Of a stretch of DNA of 64,000 nucleotides, positions 30,562 to 41,805 are shown one piece after another (position 1 is the stretch's first letter; every line of letters starts with the position of its first letter). The position numbers and the translations under genes were made by a program. Source of the stretch: Patescibacteria group bacterium (GTDB taxonomy: Bacteria; Patescibacteriota; WWE3; UBA101185; UBA10185); contig BPJL01000003.1 of the NCBI GenBank assembly GCA_026004595.1, forward strand, positions 34,984 to 98,983, given 5' to 3'. A model generated the notes under the pieces. The model worked only from the letters and a program-made list of their open reading frames with translations. It was not told the DNA's origin and made no database searches.

Positions 30562-31602
30562 TTAACTGAGAGAGGTAATTCCTGCATCATCTGGGCCCTC
30601 TTTAAGATCTTCACCCAAGACCTCCGAAGCTGAAACATCTCCAATATCCTTGTGATACATTCTGTGAACATTTTTCAGCTGCCTATTTGTAATGTGCGTA
30701 TAAATTTGGGTGGTTGAAACGTTAGAATGGCCAAGAAGCTCTTGCACGCTCCTAAGGTCGGCTCCTTCCTTCAGCAGCCCGGTAGCGTAAGTATGCCTCA
30801 GAGTATGTGGGGTAGCGTCAATTGATATTCCGGCTTTCCCGACATATTTCTTAATCATCCTTTCAACACTTCTCACCGTCAGCCTCAAGGACTCGCCATC
30901 AAAATCATTGGGCTCCATGTGCTTTCCCGAATACCTGACAAACAAAGGTTTGAAATCGTCGCCTCTTATGCTCAAGTACTTTTTTATCCAACCCCTTGCC
31001 GCAGGCGATAAATACACCGTTCTTGCCTTACGCCCCTTCCCGATAACTGTAAACTCTCCCGAGGTTAGGTTAACATCGTCTCTATTTAGCTTAACCAACT
31101 CGCTAACTCTTAAACCCGTGCTGTACAAAGTTTCCAAAATCGCCCTATCCCTTATTCCCGATCTTTTGCTCAAATCCTGTCCTTCGAAAAGCCTTCTCAT
31201 CTGCTCTTCGTTCAACACTTTTGGAACGCGATCTTCGGCCTTGCCCAAAACAACCTGTTCGGGGGACATAACCTCAATCTGTTCTTCAACCACTAGATAC
31301 CTCAACAGGGCCCTCAAGGCAACTAAAAAAGTCTTCTGCGTTGACCTTTTAAACTCCATATTAGATTTGCTGCTAATTCTTCTGTTTAAATCCAATCTGT
31401 ATTTTTTTACATTTTCATCTGTAACATCAGCCAGCACCACATTGTCTTTTTTAAGAAAACTTCTAAGCCAATTCAGAAAATCATTGAGATAAAAGTGATA
31501 CATTTTAAGAGTGTTTTGCGAGAGGTTCTTTTCTATCTCACAGTACTCCAAATACTTCAAGATTACGTCAGAGAGATTTGATTCAAACGATACTTTGGCC
31601 AT
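30562..31602 (-). CDS. tyrosine site-specific recombinase, XerC/XerD-like
   Basis: HTLRHTYATGLLKEGADLRSVQELLGHSNVSTTQIYTH, containing the R..H.R.Y catalytic residues, plus an N-terminal SAM-like DNA-binding domain. Confidence 0.75.
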   Translation of the reverse strand: MAKVSFESNLSDVILKYLEYCEIEKNLSQNTLKMYHFYLNDFLNWLRSFLKKDNVVLADVTDENVKKYRLDLNRRISSKSNMEFKRSTQKTFLVALRALLRYLVVEEQIEVMSPEQVVLGKAEDRVPKVLNEEQMRRLFEGQDLSKRSGIRDRAILETLYSTGLRVSELVKLNRDDVNLTSGEFTVIGKGRKARTVYLSPAARGWIKKYLSIRGDDFKPLFVRYSGKHMEPNDFDGESLRLTVRSVERMIKKYVGKAGISIDATPHTLRHTYATGLLKEGADLRSVQELLGHSNVSTTQIYTHITNRQLKNVHRMYHKDIGDVSASEVLGEDLKEGPDDAGITSLS

Positions 31603-31978
31603 CTTTTTTCAAAAAATTTATCCTGGGGCATTCTAGCGCGTCACCCTTCGTTTTTGTTTTCACTACAACCAAAGGTGGCATCGCATCTTATGAAATATGC
31701 CTAAATTTCATTAATATATACAAATTATAGTACATATAGAATAAATATCCCAAAAGTTGAGGGGCGGGTAGGGAACAAAATTAGTTTTTTAAGGCCGATT
31801 TTAGATGCGTGAAATTTTAGACTCGGGCCGCGATATATAGACAGAGTAAAGTAGAGTTAAAAAGAGGGAAGTAAAGTCTTATAAAAGAAATAAATAAGCA
31901 TATAAAGAAATGGTTACGCAAAAAAAATTTGATTGATACAAATGCCTGTTGAGTAGGCCGATTTTCGCAATACACAAC

Positions 31979-32006
31979 ACGTCGTATAATGTATGTTTAA
32001 CGACGT
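31979..32006. other. dif-like imperfect palindrome (11-6-11): ACGTCGTATAA-TGTATG-TTTAACGACGT
   Basis: Matches the dif core ...ATAA-TGTATA-TTAT... . The arms are mutual reverse complements apart from the innermost positions (-TATAA vs -TTAAA). Lies 377 bp upstream of the Xer-like recombinase start. Confidence 0.45.
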
Positions 32007-32228
32007 TGGGTCGGGGGTTGAGCCCGTACATACAAAAAAAAATAATGTCAGGGACAATTAATCAGAGGAGAATAAGTGAAAAGAAATTATACAAAGTAAA
32101 TTTTTAAATTAAAATAAATTACCTAATAATTATTTTAATGAGTAGAAAATAAAAAGAAAATATAAGTTACGTCTCTTTCGTCCTGATATTTTATTTAGAG
32201 CCTCATTTACCGAATCCCGCACCAGGAG

Positions 32229-32237
32229 TTATCCACA
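32229..32237 (+). promoter_or_regulatory. consensus DnaA box TTATCCACA
   Basis: Exact 9-mer, found inside an 895-bp AT-rich non-coding region. Confidence 0.35.
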
Positions 32238-32251
32238 CCCCCACCCCACCT

Positions 32252-32380
32252 AAATATATGACAATATTACAAAAAGTTGTCATGACAACCAAAAAAACAA
32301 GTAGGCTTCTACGACTTTAGGTCATAATACCATAGAAACTATGACAATTCTACCTAAAATATATGACAATTGTACATAAG
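32252..32380. repeat. iteron-like repeats: three direct TATGACAAT copies (two within 20-bp repeats CCTAAA(A)TATATGACAATWKTAC) plus the perfect palindrome TTGTCATGACAA
   Basis: TATGACAAT at 32257-32265, 32341-32349 and 32362-32370. Palindrome at 32277-32288. An inverted partial copy GGTCATAAT is at 32320-32328. Confidence 0.55.
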
Positions 32381-32497
32381 TACGTATATCATTAGCACCC
32401 TATAGTATTAAATGCTAAAAATAATTAAAAAGAAAATGAAAAATATGATAAAAAACCCTTATAGTACTTCCCTGCTTCACTCACCTATCCGCCCATG

Positions 32498-33088
32498 TCA
32501 TGGCCGAAACACAACCATGAGTAATAAAAAAAAGAAACAAATGAAAGCGTACTGAATAATAAACTTTTTATTTATCTCATTTTTTAGATATGCACTGATG
32601 TAGCTTAGAAGAAACATGGCCACAGACGACGTAAACAGCGCTTTCAAGAATGATTCAGAAGGGACAAACGAAACCCCTATGACGGAAGCAAAAACAATAA
32701 AAGACACCGCCAGAGACAGAAATACCCTCTCCACTACCCCAGTGTTTTTGGCGTCAATGTCGTACCTCGTTACCCAGATTTGATAAATACTGTAGAAAAA
32801 CGATATTCCCGCAACAATTAGAGCTTGCCAAAAGCTATTAAAGTTAAATTTAAACACTGACGAAACGAGGGGGATGTAAACAATGATTTGAAGTATCAAG
32901 CTCCACGTCACGGCAACCCTGTACAAAGGAATCAGCTCTTCCCTACCCTCTATCACAAGAAATATGTTGTCAATCAAGAGAACGATGTAATCCAAAAAAG
33001 AAAATATTGCAATAGCCATCATCTTAAACCCAAAGCTGACATTTGGATAAAACATCAATGCCAGAGTACCGCCCAATGCCAAATTCAT
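32498..33088 (-). CDS. polytopic membrane protein, function unknown
   Basis: Six or more predicted TM helices. May extend further 5' in another frame. Confidence 0.4.
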   Translation of the reverse strand: MNLALGGTLALMFYPNVSFGFKMMAIAIFSFLDYIVLLIDNIFLVIEGREELIPLYRVAVTWSLILQIIVYIPLVSSVFKFNFNSFWQALIVAGISFFYSIYQIWVTRYDIDAKNTGVVERVFLSLAVSFIVFASVIGVSFVPSESFLKALFTSSVAMFLLSYISAYLKNEINKKFIIQYAFICFFFLLLMVVFRP

Positions 33089-33280
33089 AGGAAGTAAAAA
33101 AAACCATAAAAAAGTTTTTGAAAGTAATGTTAGGATAGTGAAGCTAGAAAAACGGAAAATCCCGTTACAAGTAACATAGCCACTAACAAATTAAGCTTTT
33201 GAAATGGAATTATCCCGCTGCTGTGAGAGTATAAAAGACCGGCATAAACCAAAGCGTGCGCGGCGAATCTGTATTTCTTA

Positions 33281-33787
33281 TCAATTTTCTGCGTTATCCT
33301 TCTTATCATTTTTATGGTTGCCTTTCCTTACATAACAAAGGGCCATGGCAACAGCATCGTTAGCATCATCTGATTTTATTACCTTCTTGAGCTTCAGGAA
33401 CTTGCGAACAGCTTCCTGCATAACTTTCTTATCCGATCTGCCATAGCCCGTGAGAACCAGTTTAGCCTCAAGGGCGGTATGCTCAAATATAGGGGTATTT
33501 GTACTTGCGGCGGCAAGCAAAACAATACCACGAGCCTGACCCACCGCTATTGCCGTCTTTGTATTTGTATTAAAAAAAAGGCGCTCAACAACCATTATAT
33601 CGGGGGAATACTTTTTAATTATTTTGGTGAGGTTTTCGTACAGGTAAAAAAGTCTATCCTTAGGTTCCAAATCTTTAGCGGTAACCAAAACATCGCTTTC
33701 TATTAAATCAAAGTTGTCCTTGCGGCTCACACGCACAACCCCGTATCCCAGTCTTGCCGTACCTGGATCTATACCAAGAACAACCAT
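33281..33787 (-). CDS. ruvC: Holliday junction resolvase RuvC
   Basis: MVVLGIDPGTARLGYGVV N-terminus. RNase H-like fold. Confidence 0.85.
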   Translation of the reverse strand: MVVLGIDPGTARLGYGVVRVSRKDNFDLIESDVLVTAKDLEPKDRLFYLYENLTKIIKKYSPDIMVVERLFFNTNTKTAIAVGQARGIVLLAAASTNTPIFEHTALEAKLVLTGYGRSDKKVMQEAVRKFLKLKKVIKSDDANDAVAMALCYVRKGNHKNDKKDNAEN

Positions 33788-33789
33788 AT

Positions 33790-34290
33790 GCTCACTCTTC
33801 GTCCGGCAAAACGAAATTTACATAAACATCCTGGACATCTTCATGGTCATCAAGCTCCTCTAGCAATGCCTCCAATTTGGATGCGTAAGCCTTGTCGTTA
33901 ATCTCAACAGTATAAGATGGGTTGGACGGATCGGGATTAAAAATATAAGCTGTACTTCCTGCGCCCACCTAAAGATCCACCAAACCTGCTGAAAATATTT
34001 CTAATTTCGGAAACAGTTCTATTCTTATTATCTGTAAGCGCTGTTATATAAAAAAGCCTCGCCGTTGGGGCCAAACCCCCTCATAGATGGCCTCTGAGTA
34101 ACTTTCTCCCCCCCGCCTGACCCGAACCTTTAGCTATAGCCTTATCAATATTTTCTTTGGGCATCCGGGCTTCTTTAGCTTTTTCAACAGCCAACCTTAA
34201 CTGGGGGTTAGAATCCGGATCCCCTCCTTTTCTTGCCGCCACAGATATAAGACGACTCATTTTGGAGAAAATCTTGCTCTTTTTTTGCAT
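33790..34290 (-). CDS. YebC/PmpR-family transcriptional regulator, short form, frameshifted
   Basis: N-terminal [32 protein letters not shown] (ORF 34081..34290). The C-terminal [23 protein letters not shown]...[13 protein letters not shown] lies in other frames, and a poly-C run at about 34100 is part of the break. Confidence 0.6.
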
Positions 34291-34402
34291 CGGTAACCTC
34301 TTTTTTTCTTTTTATATTTGCCCATTTAGAATGCCCCGACATACTTGATATGTTAACATTTTTGGACTCTAATAAAAAGTTGACAAAAGACTAACATTTA
34401 TT

Positions 34403-35118
34403 ATGCTTGTAGGCATGCAATTAAGCCTGGCTATACTGAGCAAGAAAGCGATCGAGGCGGCGCTAGCTCACGATTGGCAAAAAGCCATCGAACTAAACAC
34501 ACAAATTCTGGAAAAATATCCCAATAACCTAGAAACAAAAATTAGGCTTGGAAGGGCTCTAATACAGGTAAAACAGTTCGAAAAAGCCAAAAAAATATTT
34601 AAGGAAGTGCTTGCAGTTGACCCAATAAAACCCGGTTGCTTTGAAAAACCTGGAAATTGCTAAAAACAAAAAGGTTCAAGTGAAACATGAAAACGGCGTA
34701 GACTCAAATCATTTGCTGAAAGAACCCGGCACTACCACAGAATATACCGCAACTATAAGCGCAAAGGGCTTGACAGGAAAAGACTTCGCCATCGGAGAAT
34801 CCCTAAAATTTAAGATAAAGAGAGAGGGGCGTTGAGGTTTATAAATATAAAAAAGACAAGGAAGTTCTTGTTTCAACAATAGAAGACAGTGATTTGGTGG
34901 CGAGATTGTACAAAGCTGAGCATCTAGGAGCCAACATAAGCGGCTATGTGATTAGGTCAGCGGAAAAGTCAATTGTGATGATAATAAAATCATCAATTCC
35001 TGTTTTCAGGGGTGAAAAGCAAGACATTAGACCCTACATAAAGAAAGGTCTGGACGATATAGATACAGACTTGGAGGATGAAGAACTCGAAGAAGAAATA
35101 GAAGTTATTGAGGAATAA
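34403..35118 (+). CDS. TPR-repeat-containing hypothetical protein, two frameshifts
   Basis: ORFs 34403..34663 (TPR-like), 34641..34835 and 34894..35118 join into one reading once frames are repaired. Confidence 0.35.
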
Positions 35119-35180
35119 ATTACCTCAAATCATCCTCTTCCAATATATTAGCAACATATTCCTTTTGATCCTTAGGTGGT

Positions 35181-35643
35181 TCAACAGATACTTTTTTTTC
35201 TTCTCCGAGCTCTTTTTTTCTTTGCAGGAGAGAAGGGTTTCTTGAGTTTAAGTTTCTTTTCTCCTTTTATGGTAAGGGGGGCCGGGCTCTGTCTTGCTTT
35301 TATCCCTTCAGATGGTTTATTTGTATTTCCAGCTTTTTTCGGCAGCACCGCTTCCCCACTCTCCTTTCCGCTTTCCCTCTCATCGGAAGACGAAATAATT
35401 TCCGTTAATTTTTTCCTTTTCAAGGTAATCTAGAGCGGCAAAACTCGCGTTAGGAATATTTTCAGGAATGTAAGCTACGGCTTTATCGTTCAACTCGGCT
35501 TTGTGAAACTCAGCTGCAACATCCGATATTCTATATGTTCCCCCATCAGAAAGAAGATACCATTTTCCCTCCTTTTTCGACAAAACTCCCTCTAGCTTTT
35601 TTCTCGGCACCTTGTCAATCTGTTTTAAAAAGCTTTTTGCCAT
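35181..35643 (-). CDS. hypothetical protein with a highly basic C-terminal tail, frameshifted
   Basis: ORFs 35380..35643 and 35181..35423 overlap. Tail is ...KKPFSPAKKKRARRRKK. Confidence 0.3.
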
Positions 35644-36032
35644 CTTCTTCTATCATTTTAAGAGTATCCCCATACACTAATCTGGACTTGGCAGCATAGT
35701 TGGCAGGAACCTCGTGTTTGGAACCGTCTTTCCCAACTAGGTAAAAACCATCAAAAATAGCCAGATACTCCGGGCATATTTTTATACATTTCTTTCCTTT
35801 TTTTCCTTATCTATGTTGTCTATGATGCGAGAGATTTTTTTCAAGATTCTTATATGCTAGAGATACTACTTTCCTCAGGTCTTCTAGGCTCTTCTCTGAA
35901 ACTTGATCTAATTCGCTTTCGGTCTTTTTTATCAAACATTTTTTCTTTCCTTTCGCTTAAATTAGTTGCCCGCCTGAATCGTCTTTTTTAAGAGGAATCT
36001 CGGACACGCCCCCACTCTCGTTCGCCGGCTTT

Positions 36033-38533
36033 TTATATTCTTGGGGCAATCGCCATACCTTTGTCAAATTTTGTTTCAATCCACTTATTAATCTTGGCTT
36101 CAACATATTCACGCGGACACTCCGTATTTCTCTCGACTCCTCTGTATAACTCTTTCTCTGTTCGGTGTTTTAGGAACGGGAAAATCGGCTCCCAAGGTAG
36201 AAGTATACGAGCCGAAAATGGATGCGAAGTCATTCCATCGTTCATAAGCTTCATGTAAACTTGAAATCTTTCTAGGGGAGATTATATCTTCAGCGTTGAA
36301 ATACGGGGCAAATTCATTAGCAAGCTCACGAGCATCGGGTGCGCCCAGAGAAAAAGCTATAATGGTTCCGACATTGCCGAAAACCGACTTAAGGAGCTCT
36401 TCTGGAAGCTGGGCGGTGAATTGGTGAGTCAAATAAAGCCCGAGCTTATACTTTCTTGAATTCAGAGAGTATTTCTTCAAAACTGCCGGTTGCAAAGTTT
36501 TGAAACTCATCGACATACAAATAGAAGGGCCGACGCTCGTTGTAGGGAATTTTGGCTCTCTGAAGAGCATAAAATTGTAAGCGCGAAACCAAAAGTGCGC
36601 CAAGAAGATCTGCGTTGTCGCTCCGCAATCTTTCCCTTTGAAAGGTTAATTAAAAGAATTTTGCCCGAACTCATCGCGTCACTAATATCCAACGTGGATT
36701 TCCTCTGGCCCAAGATGTTGGCGAATTGTAGTTGAGGCTAAGAATCTGTTTACTTTGTTCTGTATGGGAGATATAGCTTCGGTTACAAGTTTTTGGTTGC
36801 CCTTCATCTCCTTAAATTCTGTCTCCCAAAATTTCACAACAAGAGGATCTTTCACAAAGTGCAGAATGTAATTTTGATAGTTTTTGTCTTCCATCAAACG
36901 GGTAATACCGAGCATATTGGTACCCGGAACCTCCAGCAGGGTTAGTATCGCGTAATTCAAAAGGTACTCAAGCCTAGGACCCCATGAATAGTCAAAATGC
37001 TGCTTGATGGCTGCTACGAGCCCGGAAGCCATTAAATTTTTGTTGGATGGATCGTCTATCTCTAATAAATTTAACCCGATTGGCAACTCTGTATCAGACG
37101 GGTCAAAATATATTACATCTTCTACCCTGTTATCGGGTATCCTATCAAGGACCTTTTCAATTGTTTCGCCGTGGGGGTCCAAAACACCCCACACCTGCTC
37201 CAGCAGCTATATCTTGAGAAATCATAGACTCAAACAAGGTAGACTTCCCCGTTCCGGATTTTTCCGATTACATAAAGGTGCCGCAGTCTATCATCGCCGT
37301 TTCGCAAACCGAACCTCACTTTTTTATTTTCTAAACGTCGTCTCTCCTATATATACGCAATTCTCGGTCGGTAGGTCTGCGGGAGGTTCAGATTTTCTTG
37401 AATACACCCATGGTATGTTAGGCGTGTCAATAGCCGCGGAGGGAAAGTGAAAAAAAAGTCGCCAGTTCCTCAGTAGTAAGCAAAAGGATTTTATCTTCAT
37501 CAATACCTCTGTTGCACATCATATTAAGATAGTGGGATTTATTTGAAACCTTGTCCGCAACAAATGAGTTGTTAGAAGTAGATGAGTACTGCTTCAGCAC
37601 AGCAAGAGAAGTCCTCAAATTAGTTTCAACCCTATCGTGATCCGGACCGGCTGACATAACCCTCACATTAGTTTCAAACCCCATGTGTGACAGCTTATTT
37701 TCAATAGCCCTAAGCTCTGTTTCAGTTGAAAGAGCTATCTTAACCTGAATATTGGAAGATCTGGGCGGTTCTACCCTCTCCTTGTAAATAAAAACGCCGG
37801 TTGCAAGCCCCGACAAAATTTCGGTAAATTCCCTTGAAATTATTCTTGTGAAATCTCCAAATACAGAACCACTTTTAGATGACATTCCACCCGATTCCCG
37901 AACTTTTTGGACATAAGAATACCCATCTTTCTGCCATACATCAGCCACCGGTCTAACTATAAATTGGTACCATATTTCCTCGTCCTCGTTAACTTGGCCT
38001 ATAGCTGAAGTTAAGGCGCTCAATGTATCTATTTCAAAATCTCTAAAGCTTTTTATTGGGTAATAATATGGACGGGAAAAATCTATTGTGGCTATCTCAT
38101 AAACTTTTGAGGTCTTTCTGAACTTATCTGCATAGTCTGGTACTGCTTTGATGTGCGCCGACGGGTATTGGGCGTAAACCTGGCTCTCCACAAATTTCGA
38201 TATTTCAATAGGACAAGTGTAGTAAAAACGGATTCCTTCGGATATGGAGGATACTATTTCAAACGATAAGTGCTCCTGATTTACCGTTTTCTCCTTCAAA
38301 AGACCGTGCAACGCCGCAAACATACTCTCCGCAGCTAATGCCGATTTTGTCGGAGAGGACGCCTCATCTTCATTTTTGCTGAACTGAACCTCAAAAACCG
38401 CCAAACCGGTCTCTTTTTGAGAGGCTTCATTTATGATGGCTGTATCTATGTTTTCACCATTGGAACGGCTTTTCAGAAAAATAATGAATACAACGAGAAG
38501 AAAACACCCGACGGCAATTAATAAGTAAGTCAA
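36033..38533 (-). CDS. membrane-anchored P-loop ATPase of the TraD/VirD4/HerA (FtsK-HerA) superfamily, interrupted by several frameshifts
   Basis: N-terminal TM helix and a 330-aa domain of unknown function. Walker A GKSGTGKSTLFES, a DPHGE motif, Walker B YLYVDEFQNF and a C-terminal RKYKLGLYLTHQFTAQL...NVGTIIAF. The fragments are ORFs 37427..38533, 36682..37194, 36446..36628, 36109..36603 and 36033..36254. Confidence 0.55.
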
Positions 38534-38609
38534 AAAACATGTCCTTAAATTTATAATCCCCCGCCCTTATTTGGGACGGGGGTAGAAAGGAGAGAGTACT
38601 GGAGCTATA

Positions 38610-39754
38610 CTAATACAAAGCCTCTGCAATGTCAAATCCCACTATCACGGTAATATCCGACCTATCTATCTCATTTTCGTTAAATTTTTCGGCCTCTTTT
38701 TTGGTCAAAACGTTCGAAATACCTAAAACCCTGCTAATATAATTAAGGGTGACAGAATCTTCAATGTCGGTAATAATGTAGCTGTTCTCGTAGTTTATAG
38801 AAGCATTGGACACACCCACTACTCTACCCCCAGAATTTTTAATAAGCCGCGATCCAAAAGATGCCACACCTGGAATATCAGTACCGTTAAGAATTGAGAC
38901 GCTGAGCCCCTCCCTAGAAATAGGACCGTCAAAGTTCATATCTAAAATCTGACCATCTAGATTTTCGCTGTCATCCACGTCAGTCTGAGTAACGGAATAC
39001 CTCGAAATATTGTCTTTAAACAACTCCTGAAGCAAAAGTTACGAGATCATAATACTCTGCCGCCGATAAGTTACTAGTGGTATTTCTTTTTATATCAGAA
39101 GCCGCCCTCAAACTTAGAAGTTCCGAAAAAGCCTTTTCCTGTAAGGGAGTCCAAAAGAATGCGGGATGAGGACTCATCGACTAAAAATATATCTATCCAC
39201 TTTATATCCGAATATTCGCTTAACTACACATTATTAACCGCAACAACACCGTCATCTATAGCAGTTTTAGAATTGAGGGCGCCTAGAGCAAACGCCTTAT
39301 AAATCTCTTCTTCGCCAAATTTCCCCAGTCATGTCAACTTTTAGACCTAGAGGAATGTCAAAGATGCTTAATTCCTTATTTTCCTTGTTGAAAAATCAAA
39401 AATTTAAGGGTTTTTAGAATCACGGGATCAGAAGCTATATCCTCGACTTCAATGTAAGATAGGGTAACTACACCTTCATTTGTGATGGAATATGAAGAAA
39501 CTGACGCCTGCAGAAGCAAATGTCTGATGCAGGTAATTGTAAAGAGAGTACCCTGCCAAAAAAAGTAATGCCCCCAAAAATATCACACTACCAACCGCCA
39601 TTTGTGAAAAGTATTTCTTTGTACTTCTGTTGATTACCTTCCTTTTTTCCTTCCCTGAACTTATAGTGCGGATTTTATGCTTCCCAAACTTACCTCCACG
39701 AAGAATGGGAGTCTTCAGAGCATTTCTCTTACCATGGGCAGGTACAGATCTCAT
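38610..39754 (-). CDS. LytR_C-domain (cell-envelope related) protein with a basic N-terminus and TM anchor, frameshifted
   Basis: The C-terminal ORF 38610..39035 (ILNGTDIPGVASFGSRLIKNSGGRVVGVSNASI...) matches the LytR C-terminal domain. The N-terminal ORF 39476..39754 has a K/R-rich segment and one TM helix. Confidence 0.5.
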
Positions 39755-39770
39755 ATATGTTCATACATTA

Positions 39771-40501
39771 CTATATTTTCGGAGCGAATGGAAGATATTC
39801 CGTGGGTAAAGGGGATTCAAATTGTACAAAATCATGTAATTGAGGGTCAAAGAATCTAATTTTGGACGCGTGCAACATCATTCTACCGAAAGCCTTTGTG
39901 CCAACCATGAGTAAATTTTTAGGACAGTATATTGGATCTCCGGCAATGAACAAATTCAATGCTGCCAAATGCACTCTTATTTGATGGGTACGACCGGTTG
40001 TTGGGACAATTTTTTAGAAATGTGTACTTATTTCCACCTATTTCTCTCTCAATTATTTTGGCGACTTTTGTATGAGCTTCTCTACCCTCCCTCAACAATC
40101 GCCATTTTCATAGGATCCTTTGGGCTTCTTTTGATTGGGGCATTTATTTCGAATGTATCTTCCTCAGTTGAACCGTGAACAACCGCTGCATACTCCTTCT
40201 CTACTCTTCTTTCTTTGAACTCTCCCAAAGCATATTTAAAGAAGTGTTCATCTTTAGCAACAAGCAAAATACCGGAGGTGTCCTTGTCCAAACGGTGCAC
40301 AATTCCTGATCTGGAGGCGAAATCGCCCACATCTTCATCTTCTGCATCAATAGACACCTCTCTCTCGCCCCTCTCCTCCAGCATATCCTGCAATGTGCGG
40401 TTTTTAGCCGTAGTTGAACGATTCACAACCACTCCCGCTGGTTTATCCAACACAAGGTAGGTATCATTTTCAAAAATTATATTTAGTTCTTTTTCTCCCA
40501 T
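39771..40501 (-). CDS. RluA-family pseudouridine synthase, frameshifted near 40080
   Basis: HRLDKDTSGILLVAK catalytic motif in ORF 40082..40501. The C-terminal GRMMLHA lies in ORF 39771..39974. Confidence 0.7.
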
Positions 40502-40796
40502 ATCCGATATATTAACAAACCCGAACCCAAAACTACCATCAAATCAAAATATGTTAAAACTAAAAAGACCAAGAAAATTAAAATAGTCCCACACACATCT
40601 TGATAGCAACCTTTCAATAAAATTTGCAAGCCCACCCGACACCAGCAGTATAACGCCCACGCACCTAGCTTTAGAATTAAACCCGACGCTTCTATACAGC
40701 AAAATAATGAAAATTATTGCTAGAAAACTCAAAAACTCCGGGTAGAAAACATCACAATTCCTTACGGGACTGATAAACGCGGAAAAACTGGGAAAA

Positions 40797-41072
40797 CTAT
40801 TTATCATCTGCGTGCTCAAGACACGTTGTAGCCTGAGGATAAGCTTTTAGACGAGCCTTATCTATCGGTTTGCCACAAACTTCGCATATGCCGTATTTTC
40901 CAATTTTTATGGCGGCTAGAGCCTTTTTCACCTGAATAAGCATTCCTGAACCAACCCCCATCCTTGCATCCGAAACGCTCTTTCGGGTGTCTTCAAGTAT
41001 AGCCTCATCCATATATTCCGAATTGCCCTCGGTTCTTCCCGATTCTAGATAAGGATCCTCCTTCATCAGCAT
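40797..41072 (-). CDS. DksA/TraR-family C4-type zinc-finger protein
   Basis: CEVCGKPIDKARLKAYPQATTCLEH zinc finger, preceded by a coiled-coil N-terminus. Confidence 0.6.
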   Translation of the reverse strand: MLMKEDPYLESGRTEGNSEYMDEAILEDTRKSVSDARMGVGSGMLIQVKKALAAIKIGKYGICEVCGKPIDKARLKAYPQATTCLEHADDK

Positions 41073-41804
41073 ACTCTGAGTGGCCTGAAGTTCCTTCTCC
41101 TTCCTCTGCAGCTGTCTTTTTATAAAATCTATAAATTCTTTTGGCAGATTTTCTGGTGTTCATATATTTTTGGCTCCTATAATACAAATTGAGCAAACCA
41201 ATAATAAACAATGAAACGTAAAATATCAAATAACCCGGTGATTTAAAAAAAATAGCTACCAAAATAGCTAGGTAAAACACAAAAAACGAAAAAACAAGGC
41301 CTGAAACGAACCTATAACCCCTAAATCTCAAGATCCCAAGATAGAAAAGAAGAGTGAGAGCTGCTGTCCACACCATTGAGGTCTGGCCCGTGATGAGGTA
41401 CTTTCCAAAACTTATAAAGACAAGGAAAAAGCCAAACGCCAAGGAATAAATGTCAAAAATTCTAAATATAGACCAGCGTCGTTTCCTAGAAAAGTAAAAA
41501 GCAGGCAAAAATGCCGAAACTAGAATCAAGAAACCCCATAAGGATATCCCGATTCATCTGTAATACAAAGTAGTTGGGCCTATAAACTTGGATATATGAA
41601 TAAATACGATTTGATAGATAATAAAACAGGCCGCCAAAAATTGTTGAAACCAAAACCATGTCTAAAAAATCTCTCGTCGTCAAAACCATCTTTTCTTGCC
41701 TCATACCACATCACAAATAACCAAAATACAAAACCTATCAAAAAGACAAGGCGCATGGTGGAAATTTGAGCAAAACCGAAGTTTAGATTTTCGGATAACA
41801 ACAT
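41005..41804 (-). CDS. polytopic membrane protein (weak Lgt-like features), frameshifted
   Basis: Three overlapping ORFs (41580..41804, 41486..41704, 41005..41529) are all TM-rich. No signature motif could be confirmed. Confidence 0.3.
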
Positions 41805-41805
41805 C

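Noticed and set aside
30562-31602. Tyrosine recombinase as a prophage or integrative-element integrase
   Set aside because: No phage or mobilisation genes flank it, no tRNA gene is adjacent (the only tRNA lies 11 kb away), and no direct repeat duplicating an att site was seen. The adjacent dif-like palindrome favours a chromosomal Xer function.
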